Below, in pieces: positions 17,263 to 26,886 of a stretch of DNA of 64,000 nucleotides. Source of the DNA: Bacteroidales bacterium (GTDB lineage Bacteria; Bacteroidota; Bacteroidia; Bacteroidales; F082); contig JAKSMV010000008.1 in assembly GCA_024400425.1 (NCBI GenBank), positions 11,676-75,675 on the forward strand. The letters are read 5' to 3'. Every line of letters starts with the position of its first letter. Within the stretch, counting starts at the first letter, position 1. The position numbers and the translations under genes were made by a program. The notes beneath the pieces are model-generated. The model was not told the origin of the DNA. It worked only from the letters and a program-made list of their open reading frames with translations, and did not search any database.

Positions 17263-17296
17263 AAAAATCCGCCTCGCATTGCAAGGCGGATTTTTT
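17263..17296. terminator. bidirectional terminator between convergent flavodoxin and Ntn-hydrolase genes
   Basis: AAAAATCCGCC-TCGCATTGCAA-GGCGGATTTTTT. It is nearly identical to the hairpin at 21492..21529. Confidence 0.75.
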
Positions 17297-18306
17297 CATT
17301 TCAAACGTTTCCAACATTTTTCCTTGAAACGCTCATATCTTTCATTCAAAGCCGCATTGTAAATGGCAATGGGTTCATTGCTTTCCTTTTCGGCAATCCG
17401 AAACTCTTTGTTCTCGGCTTTCCTGACAATTCTGTCTATTTTCCTTTCAAGTTTCGTGCTGCGAGTCAAGGTCTTGAGCGTATCGGCTAGTTCGTTGGCA
17501 TCGCTGCCTTGTGCATTGAGTTTCCTCAAGGGGAGTGGTATTTCGTTTTGTGCCTCAACCCATACCGGCATGGCATAACTGCATCTTGAATACCCCATGG
17601 CACACCAAAGCATTTTGCCATCCAGAACCACGCTTGAAACCGTCTTCGGGCGGGCGATGATGCTTTCCTTGGCAAGGTTTTTCAGAATCCATGCAGCATC
17701 AAACTTGCCTTTGTGAGCTTTCATCTTTTGCTCGACGAGTTCGTAACGGTCGTAGCCTTTCCCCTCGCCTTCGCGACCTGTGAAAGCGTAATTGGTGCGA
17801 ATCAGATAGCCATCGCGAGGCACATCGAAACGCGTGTAGCCAAAATCATGCACCTCGAAATAGGCGGCGTCACCATGGGCATCGCTTACACCGAAATTGG
17901 CTTCCAAGCCATTGGGCTGTGGCAGCGAATCGATATAATGCTGAAAATCATCTATCGTCGTGCAAATCTGCAAGGCCTTTTTCATGACGATGCCTTCCCA
18001 CGGACGGTTTTCATCAATGATGGGCGACAAGCCATAGGCAACGCTGTTCATGATGGAAAAACCGACTTCGTTTGTCCCGCACCAAACGCTAGCACGCAAT
18101 GAATCGTTGGAATCGACGACGCCCGTAAAGGAAAAACAGCCTTCGTCAGCAAAGAAATCCAGATAATTGAACCGCACCGACGAATCGCGCTGTTTCCACA
18201 GCAAAGGGCGACCGTTTACGCTTGCATCAGCACCTACGATGATGGTCGTGCAGCAAAATGCCAAGTTTGCATACAGTAAGGCGACCAACAAGAGAATCTT
18301 TTTCAT
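17296..18306 (-). CDS. secreted Ntn-hydrolase (peptidase C45 / acyl-CoA:6-APA acyltransferase-like; C69-like N-terminus)
   Basis: The signal peptide ends in AFC|CTTIIVG, the classic N-terminal nucleophile Cys context. At 336 aa it fits C45 better than C69. Confidence 0.6.
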   Translation of the reverse strand: MKKILLLVALLYANLAFCCTTIIVGADASVNGRPLLWKQRDSSVRFNYLDFFADEGCFSFTGVVDSNDSLRASVWCGTNEVGFSIMNSVAYGLSPIIDENRPWEGIVMKKALQICTTIDDFQHYIDSLPQPNGLEANFGVSDAHGDAAYFEVHDFGYTRFDVPRDGYLIRTNYAFTGREGEGKGYDRYELVEQKMKAHKGKFDAAWILKNLAKESIIARPKTVSSVVLDGKMLWCAMGYSRCSYAMPVWVEAQNEIPLPLRKLNAQGSDANELADTLKTLTRSTKLERKIDRIVRKAENKEFRIAEKESNEPIAIYNAALNERYERFKEKCWKRLK

Positions 18307-18443
18307 TTCCTATCTAACGAATTATAATACATTAAAATTCAATATTATACCAATGGCTGTTATTTCTTTTGGTCAAGAATTAGAGAATTAAAGAATCTAT
18401 GACACCTTGCTATTTGAAGTTGGCGTGCAAGCACGCGAGAAAT

Positions 18444-18467
18444 GTAGAGGGAACCGCTTCGCGTTCC
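18444..18467 (+). repeat. REP-like element: GTAGAG head + palindrome GGAACCGCTTCGCGTTCC
   Basis: It has the same head hexamer as the other three elements, with a different GC-rich hairpin. It lies in the cupin / Ntn-hydrolase spacer. Confidence 0.45.
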
Positions 18468-18629
18468 TTGAGCTTGCGAAAGGCTCTAATTCTGAAAAAT
18501 TCAAAAATGGCCTCGAAAAAAAATCTCTCATTCTCAAATTCTTGACAAGAAAAATATAGTCATTTATCAAAATTCAATAATTTGGATGAAGGAAAACCCT
18601 TCACCCAATTACCCTTCACCCACAACCAT

Positions 18630-19112
18630 TTATTGTGGTGCAACGACATTGAAGGTCACCAAATCTTCCACACCCTTGTTACTGATAGTATGGCCATGAC
18701 CTTTCTGGCAATAATGCGCCATGCCTTTTGTATAGACTTGTTCGACGCCATCAAACAAAATGGTTGCTTCGCCTTGCAGCACATAAACGACTTCCATGTC
18801 GGCATCGTGCGTGTGGCTGCCCACCGACGAACCAGATGGAATGGTGCAATACATGAACTTGTTTTTGCCATCCACGAGCATCTTCATGTAAATGTCGCCT
18901 TCACCACCCTTGAAATTCGACATGGTGTCAATTTCCATCGCATTGAAATCAATCGTGCTGATGACTTCCTGTGGAATGATTTCTGGAATTGTGTCTGTAA
19001 CGACTTCAGGAACAGGAGTTTGTTCGACATCCTTATTCGCGTTGCGGCAACCTGCAAATGCCAAGGCCATTACTGCCAACGGCATGACAAAACGGAAAAT
19101 TCTTCTTTTCAT
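18630..19112 (-). CDS. cupin-domain lipoprotein
   Basis: Lipobox LAFAGC. Cupin motifs GSSVGSHTHDADMEVVYVLQGEA and GHGHTISNKG. Confidence 0.72.
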   Translation of the reverse strand: MKRRIFRFVMPLAVMALAFAGCRNANKDVEQTPVPEVVTDTIPEIIPQEVISTIDFNAMEIDTMSNFKGGEGDIYMKMLVDGKNKFMYCTIPSGSSVGSHTHDADMEVVYVLQGEATILFDGVEQVYTKGMAHYCQKGHGHTISNKGVEDLVTFNVVAPQ

Positions 19113-19173
19113 GATTTGAGATTTTTGAATTATCGATGATTATATATGACGACAAAGATAAGGTTTATTTAGC

Positions 19174-19956
19174 CTAAGCTATTGATTTTTCTACCCGTTT
19201 CACAATCAACACGCTGATTTCAAACAAAAGGTAGATTGGGATGGCCACAAGCGACAGCGTGAAAGCATCGCCAGTAGGAGTAATGATGGCGGCAAGCACC
19301 ACAATGACCACGATGGCGTGACGACGGTATTGCTTCATGAATGTACTTTTCAGCACGCCCATCTTGGTCAGAAGCCAACACAACACAGGCAACTCAAACA
19401 CGATTCCAATCATCAGCGAGAGCATGAGTAGGGTTGAAATGAAAGACTCAAGTGAGATGAGGTTTGAGACATCGCTACTGACTTGGTAGGAACCGAGAAA
19501 GCGCACCGTAAGCGGGAAAATGAGGAAATAATTGAGCAGCACACCTAAGATGAACATCAGATAACCACTCGCCACGGCACGCACCGCGAAACGACGTTCG
19601 CTGTCGTACAAGGCCGGAGCGATAAACCCAAAAAGCACATATAATATATAAGGCGAAGCAACAAGCAGTCCCACATACAGTGCCACCTTCATGTGGACGA
19701 TGAACTGCTGCGCAAGGTTCACATTGATAAGCGATAACGAAAATTGTGAAACATCACCAGTTAGCCATTCAAAGAGATGGTAGGTGACAAAATCAGCATT
19801 TTTTGGTGCCAAAACAATGGTAAAGAGGGCATCCTTGAAACAAAATGCCACCACGCTGGCCACCAAAGCAGCGATGAGGATTCGGAAAAGACAATGCCGA
19901 AGTTCCTCTACATGATCCCAAAAAGTAAGATTCTCAGGCTTCTTTTCCTGACTCAT
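19174..19956 (-). CDS. tatC: twin-arginine translocase subunit TatC
   Basis: [18 protein letters not shown] and a 6-TM profile. The start is either ATG 19956 (MSQEKK, 23-nt overlap with tatA) or ATG 19983 (50-nt overlap); I prefer the shorter overlap. Confidence 0.9.
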   Translation of the reverse strand: MSQEKKPENLTFWDHVEELRHCLFRILIAALVASVVAFCFKDALFTIVLAPKNADFVTYHLFEWLTGDVSQFSLSLINVNLAQQFIVHMKVALYVGLLVASPYILYVLFGFIAPALYDSERRFAVRAVASGYLMFILGVLLNYFLIFPLTVRFLGSYQVSSDVSNLISLESFISTLLMLSLMIGIVFELPVLCWLLTKMGVLKSTFMKQYRRHAIVVIVVLAAIITPTGDAFTLSLVAIPIYLLFEISVLIVKRVEKSIA

Positions 19957-20128
19957 TATTGTCTTTCTTTTCGGCTGGTTCATCTTTGCCGTCCATGCCG
20001 TCCTTGAAGCTCTTCACGCCTTTGCCCAAACCGCGCATGAGTTCCGGAATCTTTTTTCCGCCAAACAGCAGCAGGACAATCAAGGCAATGATAATGATTT
20101 CCTGGGTACCAATAGATAACAGTGTCAT
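19934..20128 (-). CDS. tatA: twin-arginine translocase subunit TatA/E
   Basis: The ATG at 20128 gives [44 protein letters not shown], with the FGxKK(L/I)PE hinge. The track start at 20134 is a TTG. Confidence 0.9.
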   Translation of the reverse strand: MTLLSIGTQEIIIIALIVLLLFGGKKIPELMRGLGKGVKSFKDGMDGKDEPAEKKDNNESGKEA

Positions 20129-20149
20129 AATCAATTCTCTTTTAATGGT

Positions 20150-21415
20150 TTATTTCTTACCTAACACTTCAACGACGCGGTCGAGCTGCTCACGGATGTT
20201 GATGTGTTGCGGGCACACTTCCTCGCACTTGCCGCACTTGATGCATGCTGATGCAAAATTGAATCCTTTGCCTTTCACATAGAAGTCTTCCTGGTCGAGG
20301 GCTTCCGTCATGTCGCCATACAAAGTGTAGAAATTCAATGCGTTGAACGAACCAGAGATGCCGACGTTCATCGGGCACACCTTAGCGCAATAGTTGCAGT
20401 TGGTGCAAGGAACTGTCGGGATGGAGGCCAATGCCTGGCAAGCATTGTCGATGACCTTGGTCTGTTCGTCGGTCAGTGTGCTGAAGTTCTTCAACGTGTT
20501 GATGTTGTCTTTCATCTGATCCACATTGCTCATGCCCGACAAGACGGTCAGGATGCCTTCGGGAGCAGCAGCATAACGCAGTGCCCATGATGCATACGAT
20601 TCACCAGGAGCAGCCTTGTCAAAGACTTCCTTCACTGGCTGAGGTGGATTAGCCAACATGCCGCCCTTGATAGGTTCCATGACGATGACGGGCTTGCCAT
20701 GACGGCGTGCTATCTCGTAGCATTCGCGAGCTTTCACAGTCGGGTCTTCCCAGTCGGCATAGTTGATTTGCAGCTGCACGAACTCTGCTTCAGGATGTTT
20801 CTCGAGGATTTCTTCCAGTTCTTCGGGTGTGGCATGGGCCGAGAAACCGACATGCTTGATTTTGCCGGCGGCTTTCTGCTCGAAAGCCCAAGTCCAGAGG
20901 TCGTAGTCATCGAAGAAATGGGTGCGGTTGCCGCCGAGGTTATGCAGCAGATAGAAGTCAAAATAACCAGCGCCGGTGCGTTCGAGTGAAGTCTCGAATT
21001 GGGCGATGGCCTGCTCGCGATTTTCGCACTTGACCCAAGCAGCCAACTTGGTTGCAAGAATAAACTTGTCTCTCGGATAACGTTCCACCAAAGCTTGGCG
21101 TGTGGCATCTTCGCTGCCGCCGTATGCCCAAGCGGTGTCGAAGTAGTTGAATCCAGCCTGCATGAACAGGTCAACCATCTGCTTGGTCTGTTCGACATCG
21201 ATGGAGCGGTCTTCGAGGCGTGGCAGACGCATAAGGCCGAAGCCGAGTTTGCCGATAGGTGGCAGGTCGTCGAAAAACACCGTTGGTGCTTCGGCAATCA
21301 GTTCTTCAACCTTCTTGTTCCCCTTGCCGACGCAAGCGGAAAGCAACCCAGAGCTGGCCACAGCCATTCCGCCAATGGCAATCAAGCTTTCTTTCAGAAA
21401 TTCTCTTCTATCCAT
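20150..21415 (-). CDS. aldo/keto reductase fused to 2x[4Fe-4S] ferredoxin domain, with Tat signal and lipobox
   Basis: MDRREFLKESLIAIGGMAVASSGLLSAC contains the SRRxFLK-type twin-arginine motif plus an LSAC lipobox. AKR core: GFGLMRLP, YFDTAWAYGG. Clusters: CTNCNYCAKVCP and CIKCGKCEEVCP. Confidence 0.85.
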   Translation of the reverse strand: MDRREFLKESLIAIGGMAVASSGLLSACVGKGNKKVEELIAEAPTVFFDDLPPIGKLGFGLMRLPRLEDRSIDVEQTKQMVDLFMQAGFNYFDTAWAYGGSEDATRQALVERYPRDKFILATKLAAWVKCENREQAIAQFETSLERTGAGYFDFYLLHNLGGNRTHFFDDYDLWTWAFEQKAAGKIKHVGFSAHATPEELEEILEKHPEAEFVQLQINYADWEDPTVKARECYEIARRHGKPVIVMEPIKGGMLANPPQPVKEVFDKAAPGESYASWALRYAAAPEGILTVLSGMSNVDQMKDNINTLKNFSTLTDEQTKVIDNACQALASIPTVPCTNCNYCAKVCPMNVGISGSFNALNFYTLYGDMTEALDQEDFYVKGKGFNFASACIKCGKCEEVCPQHINIREQLDRVVEVLGKK

Positions 21416-21491
21416 AATTGACTGAGATTTAGTTTTGCGATTATAGTTATGTTATTTGTTCTTGCAAAAGTAGTGTTTTTTTCAAAGCCAC

Positions 21492-21529
21492 AAAAAAAAT
21501 CCGCCTCACTTTCGCAAGGCGGATTTTTC
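21492..21529 (-). terminator. rho-independent terminator downstream of nifJ
   Basis: ATCCGCC-TCACTTTCGCAA-GGCGGAT flanked by A8 (= U-run on the minus strand) and T5. Confidence 0.75.
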
Positions 21530-21561
21530 ATATTATTCAAGATGCTTTCGCGTCATTAAGC

Positions 21562-21584
21562 AGACGCGATAATCGCGTCTCTAC
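21562..21584 (-). repeat. REP-like element: GTAGAG head + palindrome ACGCGATTATCGCGTCT; the head contains the nifJ TAG stop
   Basis: Minus strand reads ...AAC AAG TAG AGACGCGATTATCGCGTCTG. It is near-identical to 41134..41157. Confidence 0.65.
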
Positions 21585-24500
21585 TTGTTTTCGCTCAGCT
21601 TCTTGTAGCCTTCGTAGCGGAGCTTAGCAAACTGTTCGGTCTTGGCGAAGAGTTCCTTAGCTTCTTCTGGGAAGGTCTTCAGCAGTGAGTTGTAACGGAC
21701 TTCACCCATGATGAACTGCTGGAACTTGCTCCAGTCTGGTTCCTTGCTGTCGAGGTGGAAGCCGTTCTGGCCAGCTTCTTCCTCTTCTGGGTTGAAGTGC
21801 CACAGATGCCAGTAACCACATTCGACGGCGAGCTTCTCTTCGAGTTGTGAGTGGCCCATGCCAATCTTAATGCCGTGGTTGATGCAAGGTGCGTAGCAAA
21901 TGATCAATGATGGTCCGTGGTAAGCTTCAGCTTCCTTGATTACCTTGAAGTACTGAGCCTGTGAAGCGCCCATAGCGACTTGTGCCACATAGACGTAACC
22001 ATAGCTCTTGGCAATCATGCCGAGGTCTTTCTTGCGAACCTTCTTACCTGAAGCGGCAAACTTAGCGACAGCACCAGCTGGAGTAGCCTTTGATGACTGA
22101 CCGCCAGTATTTGAATAGACTTCAGTATCGACGACGAGAACGTTGACATCTTCGCCAGAAGCCAAAACGTGGTCTAAGCCGCCGAAGCCGATATCGTAAG
22201 CCCAACCGTCACCGCCGAAGATCCACTGGCTCTTCTTGGTGAGGTGATCCTTGAGGTCGATGATTTGTTTGCAGTAGTCGCAGCCGCAAGCTTCGCAAGC
22301 AGCAACAATCTTAGGAGCCAGTTCCATGGTCTTGACGCCGTCTTCGCGGTTGTCAATCCATTCCTGGAACATAGCCTTCAGTTCTGCTGAGCAGCACTGG
22401 CAGTTGGCGATGGCTTCCTTCATGATGCGTTCAACGCGGTCGCGCATCTTGCGGGTAGCGGTAGCCATACCGAGGCCGAATTCAGCATTGTCTTCGAACA
22501 GTGAGTTAGCCCAAGCCACGCCCTTACCGCTTCTGTTGTTCTTGCAGTATGGAGTTGCAGGAGCCGAACCGCCGTAGATTGATGAGCAACCTGTTGCGTT
22601 GGCAATCATCATTCTTTCGCCGAACAACTGGGTGAGGCACTTGATGTAAGGTGTTTCACCGCAACCAGCGCAAGCGCCTGAGAACTCAAACAGAGGCTGA
22701 GCGAACTGGCTGTTCTTCACGTTGGCGAACTTGTCAATCATGTTGTCCTTATAGGTGACTTTCTTCTGGCCATATTCCCAGTTCTCGACTTCAGCCATCT
22801 GGCTTTCGAGAGGTTTCATCACCAATGCCTTTTCCTTAGCAGGGCAGATGTCGGCGCAGTTGCCGCAACCTGTGCAGTCGAGGACTGAAACCTGCATACG
22901 GAAGTGCATGCCAGCCAATTCCTTAGGCATCTTCATGTCGGCTGCCTTCATGCCAGCAGGAGCTGCTGCCATTTCAGCATCGGTCATAACCACTGGACGG
23001 ATAGCTGCGTGAGGGCAAATCAGTGAGCACTGGTTGCACTGGATGCAGTTTGCAGGATTCCATTCAGGAACCACGGTAGCGACGCCACGCTTTTCGTAAG
23101 CGGTGGTGCCAGCCGGGAATGTACCGTCGATGATTTCCTTGAAGGCACTAACAGGCAGGTCGTTACCGCACTGGGCAACCATCGGACGCATCACCTTATT
23201 AATAAATTCAGGATCGTTGTCGTTGTGCATGAAGACGAAGTCGGTGCTGCAAGGCAGTTCAGCCCATTCAGCAGGGATTTCAACCTTCACGATTTCACCG
23301 CCACGGTCAACAGCTGCATAGTTCATGTTGACGATGTCTTCACCCTTCTTGCCATAGCTCTTCACGATGAACTTCTTCATCTGTTCGACTGCCAGGTCGT
23401 AAGGAATAACGCCCGAAATCTTGAAGAATGCGCTTTGGAGGATGGTGTTGGTACGGTTGCCAAGGCCGATTTCAGCAGCAATCTTAGTAGCATCGATGAT
23501 GTACATGTTGATCTTGTGGAGAGCGAGATACTTCTTCACGAAGTCAGGCAGATTGTTCTTGGTTTCCTCAACGCTCCATGGTGAGTTGTAAAGGAATGTG
23601 CCATTGTCTTTCAGACCTCTCAGGCAGTCATACTTGCTGAGGTATGAAGGAACGTGGACAGCGACGAAGTCAGGAGTACCGACGAGGTAAGGAGCCAAGA
23701 TAGGCTGGTCACCGAAACGAAGGTGTGAACAGGTGTAGCCGCCTGATTTCTTCGAGTCGTAGTCGAAGTAAGCCTGGCTGTATTTGTTGGTGTTGTCACC
23801 GATGATCTTGATGGAGTTCTTGTTGGCACCCACAGTACCATCAGCGCCAAGGCCGTAGAACTTAGCCTCGAAGGTTCCCTTTGGAAGGATTGAGAACTCA
23901 GGAAGGATAGGCAGTGACTTGAAGGTAACGTCATCGACGATACCGACAGTGAACTGGTTCTTTGGTTCGGCAGCTTCCATGTTGTTGAACACGGAGAGGA
24001 TGTGAGCAGGAGTGGTGTCCTTTGAAGAAAGACCGTAACGGCCGCCAACGATGACAGGCTTGTTCGGGCAGTTCTTGAAAGCTTCGACGACATCCAGATA
24101 GAGCGGATCGCCGTTTGCACCTGGTTCCTTGGTACGGTCGAGGACCGTAATCTTCTTGACGGTCTTAGGAAGAACGTCAAACAGATACTTCACGCTGAAT
24201 GGGCGATAGAGGTGTACGTTGACCATACCGACCTTCTTGCCTTCGGCATTCAGCTTATCAACCACTGTGCGGACGACATCGTTGATGGAACCGATGGAGA
24301 TGATGATGTTTTCGGCATCTGCAGCACCATAGTAGCAGAAAGGAGCATATTCACGGCCCGTGATCTTGCTCATTTCCTTCATGTACTTGGCGACGATGTC
24401 AGGAATAGCATCGTAATATGAATTTTGAGCTTCGCGTGTCTGGAAGTAGATGTCAGGATTCTGAGCAGTACCGCGTGTTACAGGGTGTTCAGGATTCAGG

Positions 24501-25123
24501 GCACGCTTGCGATATTCGTTCAAGGCTTCCCAGTTGACGAGCTTAGCGACTTCGTCCTGGTCGGTGGCTTCAACTTTCTGGATTTCGTGTGAGGTACGGA
24601 AACCGTCGAAGAAGTGCAGGAAAGGCACGCGGCCTTCGATAGCTGCGAGGTGAGCGACTGGAGCCAAGTCCATGATTTCCTGGACTGAGCTGGTAGCCAG
24701 CATGGCGAAACCGGTCTGACGGCAAGCCATGACGTCGGCGTGGTCGCCGAAGATTGACAAAGCCTGGGCTGCCAATGCACGGGCCGAAACATGGAAAACG
24801 CCTGGGAGCAATTCGCCAGCGATTTTGTACATGTTAGGGATCATCAGCAAGAGGCCTTGTGATGCTGTGAAGGTGCTTGTGAGGGCACCGGCTTGCAATG
24901 AGCCGTGGACAGCGCCAGCAGCGCCGCTTTCAGCCTGCATTTCAACAACGCGAACATTCTCGTTGAAAATGTTCTTTCTGCCGCCTGCGCTCCATTCGTC
25001 AATGTACTCAGCCATTGGTGATGAAGGAGTGATAGGATAGATGGCGGCGACTTCGCTAAACATGTATGCGACGTGCGCAGCAGCGCAGTTACCGTCACAA
25101 GTCATGAATTTTTTTTCTGCCAT
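21581..25123 (-). CDS. nifJ: pyruvate:ferredoxin (flavodoxin) oxidoreductase
   Basis: 1180 aa. N-terminus MTCDGNCAAAHVAYMFSEVAAIYPITPSSPMAE. Ferredoxin clusters CIQCNQCSLICP and CTGCGNCADICP. TPP motif GGDGWAYDIGFGGLDH. Confidence 0.96.
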   Translation of the reverse strand: MAEKKFMTCDGNCAAAHVAYMFSEVAAIYPITPSSPMAEYIDEWSAGGRKNIFNENVRVVEMQAESGAAGAVHGSLQAGALTSTFTASQGLLLMIPNMYKIAGELLPGVFHVSARALAAQALSIFGDHADVMACRQTGFAMLATSSVQEIMDLAPVAHLAAIEGRVPFLHFFDGFRTSHEIQKVEATDQDEVAKLVNWEALNEYRKRALNPEHPVTRGTAQNPDIYFQTREAQNSYYDAIPDIVAKYMKEMSKITGREYAPFCYYGAADAENIIISIGSINDVVRTVVDKLNAEGKKVGMVNVHLYRPFSVKYLFDVLPKTVKKITVLDRTKEPGANGDPLYLDVVEAFKNCPNKPVIVGGRYGLSSKDTTPAHILSVFNNMEAAEPKNQFTVGIVDDVTFKSLPILPEFSILPKGTFEAKFYGLGADGTVGANKNSIKIIGDNTNKYSQAYFDYDSKKSGGYTCSHLRFGDQPILAPYLVGTPDFVAVHVPSYLSKYDCLRGLKDNGTFLYNSPWSVEETKNNLPDFVKKYLALHKINMYIIDATKIAAEIGLGNRTNTILQSAFFKISGVIPYDLAVEQMKKFIVKSYGKKGEDIVNMNYAAVDRGGEIVKVEIPAEWAELPCSTDFVFMHNDNDPEFINKVMRPMVAQCGNDLPVSAFKEIIDGTFPAGTTAYEKRGVATVVPEWNPANCIQCNQCSLICPHAAIRPVVMTDAEMAAAPAGMKAADMKMPKELAGMHFRMQVSVLDCTGCGNCADICPAKEKALVMKPLESQMAEVENWEYGQKKVTYKDNMIDKFANVKNSQFAQPLFEFSGACAGCGETPYIKCLTQLFGERMMIANATGCSSIYGGSAPATPYCKNNRSGKGVAWANSLFEDNAEFGLGMATATRKMRDRVERIMKEAIANCQCCSAELKAMFQEWIDNREDGVKTMELAPKIVAACEACGCDYCKQIIDLKDHLTKKSQWIFGGDGWAYDIGFGGLDHVLASGEDVNVLVVDTEVYSNTGGQSSKATPAGAVAKFAASGKKVRKKDLGMIAKSYGYVYVAQVAMGASQAQYFKVIKEAEAYHGPSLIICYAPCINHGIKIGMGHSQLEEKLAVECGYWHLWHFNPEEEEAGQNGFHLDSKEPDWSKFQQFIMGEVRYNSLLKTFPEEAKELFAKTEQFAKLRYEGYKKLSENK

Positions 25124-25174
25124 TGTGTAAGTTATTTAATGATGAATTTTTGTTGTTACTTCTTTCAGAGTAAA

Positions 25175-25182
25175 AATTTGGC
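25175..25182 (-). promoter_or_regulatory. -7 box TATCTTTG (minus strand) for nifJ
   Basis: Matches TAnnTTTG about 50 nt upstream of ATG 25123. Confidence 0.5.
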
Positions 25183-25290
25183 TGCAAAGATAGGCTTTTC
25201 ACTGCATATAGACAAATTAAAAAAGTGGGAAAAACCAGAAAAGCGCATAAAGAAAATGGAAAAGCGTTTTTCAGACACTTTGAACAAACA

Positions 25291-25318
25291 ATCAGGGTGA
25301 CTCAAAAGCCACCCTGAT
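25291..25318 (-). terminator. hairpin downstream of cassette copy 2
   Basis: ATCAGGGTG-ACTCAAAAGC-CACCCTGAT. On the minus strand it is followed by the moderately T-rich TGTTTGTT. Confidence 0.5.
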
Positions 25319-25353
25319 TTGATAAATCCCAACAAAGATTCGGACAAATTCTT

Positions 25354-26880
25354 CTACTTTTTCACCAATTTCCTCACACAATACTTCCCGCTCTCATCTG
25401 TGATACCCAAGAAGAAAATCCCAGCCGGCATATCGCTAATGTCTATGGTGATTTCCGGACTTTCGACATAGTGAGTGACCAAGTGTTGTCCTTGCATGTT
25501 GAGAAGTTCTATCTGCTTCAAGTCCTTTCCTTTAATGGTTACAGTTGTATTGGCCGGATTAGGATAAATAGTGACAAAATCTTCAACAATGATTTCATCG
25601 GTCCCCAAGGTGCCATTTCCGTCTATCTTGAGGGCAAACAAATCGTAGTGATTGCTGTTGTGATCGTATGCACCGCCTACAACAATACAGCCTCCATCGT
25701 TGGTTGCATAAAGATAGGTGGCTTGAAGAAAGAGCGAAGGATGGGTATAGGATTTTTGCCAGATGACATTCAAGTTCGCATCTGTCTTGGTGATGACGAT
25801 ATTGTACGGCTTTGAACACGGCAGGATTCCTGTATTGCCAAAACAACCATGGAAAACCTGCACTTCATCCGAATCATTCTTCGCGATGCCGATGGCATTG
25901 AACGCCACAGGATAATCAACAGTGTCGTTGTCGCTACCTATAACCAAATAATTCTTAATGTTTCCATCCAAGTCCGTAGAACTTAAAAGTGTTGACCTGT
26001 CTGTCTTTGGAGTTGAACCCGAAGGAAGGCTCCATGACTCGTGGACTTCCTCAGAAAACAGCAATACAGAGTCGTTAAGAGAAATAACCGTACTGTTAGC
26101 AATTGAAATTTTCGAAATGGAGTGAATGTAAACACCTTCCGTTTCGGTGATGTTCTCGTATTCTTGTAAAGTATCGAAAACAAAACCATCGTCAAAGCCG
26201 AACAAGCGCGTCACTTGCGTAAGATAGCCTTCCACAAGATATGATGACCTATAGTCTCCAAAGCGATTGCCTTCTGGAAACTCAAAAATGGCATTAATCA
26301 GAATGGCATTGCCACAATCTTCCGTCTCTTCGTGAAACTTCAACAAAGTCCCGTCCGACGCGATTCGCATATACAGCCTGTGATAGTCGTCTTGCGCATC
26401 TAGCGATGTGGCATAAATAAAATCACCTTCCTGTGTCATAATTGCCCTTGACATGACAAAACGACGATAGTCTCTCGGCAGGTTCACCTCTTTCCTGTCA
26501 AGGATGTTCAAGTCGCCATCAAAATGCAGAACGTAAGGTCTGGTAATTTGTTCGTCCCAATGGATGACATGCCCTATTGCATAGAACAATTCAGGATTGT
26601 CAGGATCGTGGTACAAGCCTTCGATGCCAGAAAACACATTTTCATCGCTGATAGGCATCCTTGCCAACATCTCGCCCGTACTCGACATCTTCTTAAGCTC
26701 GCCTGCACCAGCATCATAATCATACACTGCGACAATCAGGCAACCGTCGTCGGTTTCGATGACCGAACTGGCACAGAAAGACTTCTCCATATCTTTGTAA
26801 ACATTGAAGAAACCATCGGTTTGAGGATAAGCAACCGAGACGCACAACGACAGGGAAAGAAACAGCAGAAGAGTTTTCAT
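25354..26880 (-). CDS. secreted propeller-like protein with T9SS C-terminal sorting domain (cassette copy 2, gene B)
   Basis: The ATG at 26880 gives MKTLLLFLSLSLCVSVAYPQ; the track start at 26886 is a TTG. Blade-like motifs: ETDDGCLIVAVYDYD, IASDGTLLKF, TNDGGCIVVGGAYD, LKIDGNGTLG. CTD: IYPNPANTTVTIKG...GIFFLGITDESGKYCVRKLVKK. Confidence 0.7.
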   Translation of the reverse strand: MKTLLLFLSLSLCVSVAYPQTDGFFNVYKDMEKSFCASSVIETDDGCLIVAVYDYDAGAGELKKMSSTGEMLARMPISDENVFSGIEGLYHDPDNPELFYAIGHVIHWDEQITRPYVLHFDGDLNILDRKEVNLPRDYRRFVMSRAIMTQEGDFIYATSLDAQDDYHRLYMRIASDGTLLKFHEETEDCGNAILINAIFEFPEGNRFGDYRSSYLVEGYLTQVTRLFGFDDGFVFDTLQEYENITETEGVYIHSISKISIANSTVISLNDSVLLFSEEVHESWSLPSGSTPKTDRSTLLSSTDLDGNIKNYLVIGSDNDTVDYPVAFNAIGIAKNDSDEVQVFHGCFGNTGILPCSKPYNIVITKTDANLNVIWQKSYTHPSLFLQATYLYATNDGGCIVVGGAYDHNSNHYDLFALKIDGNGTLGTDEIIVEDFVTIYPNPANTTVTIKGKDLKQIELLNMQGQHLVTHYVESPEITIDISDMPAGIFFLGITDESGKYCVRKLVKK

Positions 26881-26886
26881 AGGCAA

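Noticed and set aside
18360-18560. Low-complexity strings (AGAATTAGAGAATTAAAGAAT, TCTCATTCTCAAATTCTTGAC) and hairpins in the cupin / Ntn-hydrolase spacer as a possible ncRNA or mobile remnant
   Set aside because: Apart from the GTAGAG+palindrome element already listed, I could define no repeat unit, ORF or conserved RNA signature by eye.
25109-25116. A8 tract in codons 3-5 of nifJ as a possible phase-variation switch
   Set aside because: It encodes Glu-Lys-Lys in a core metabolic gene, the tract is short, and there is no evidence of alternative frames.
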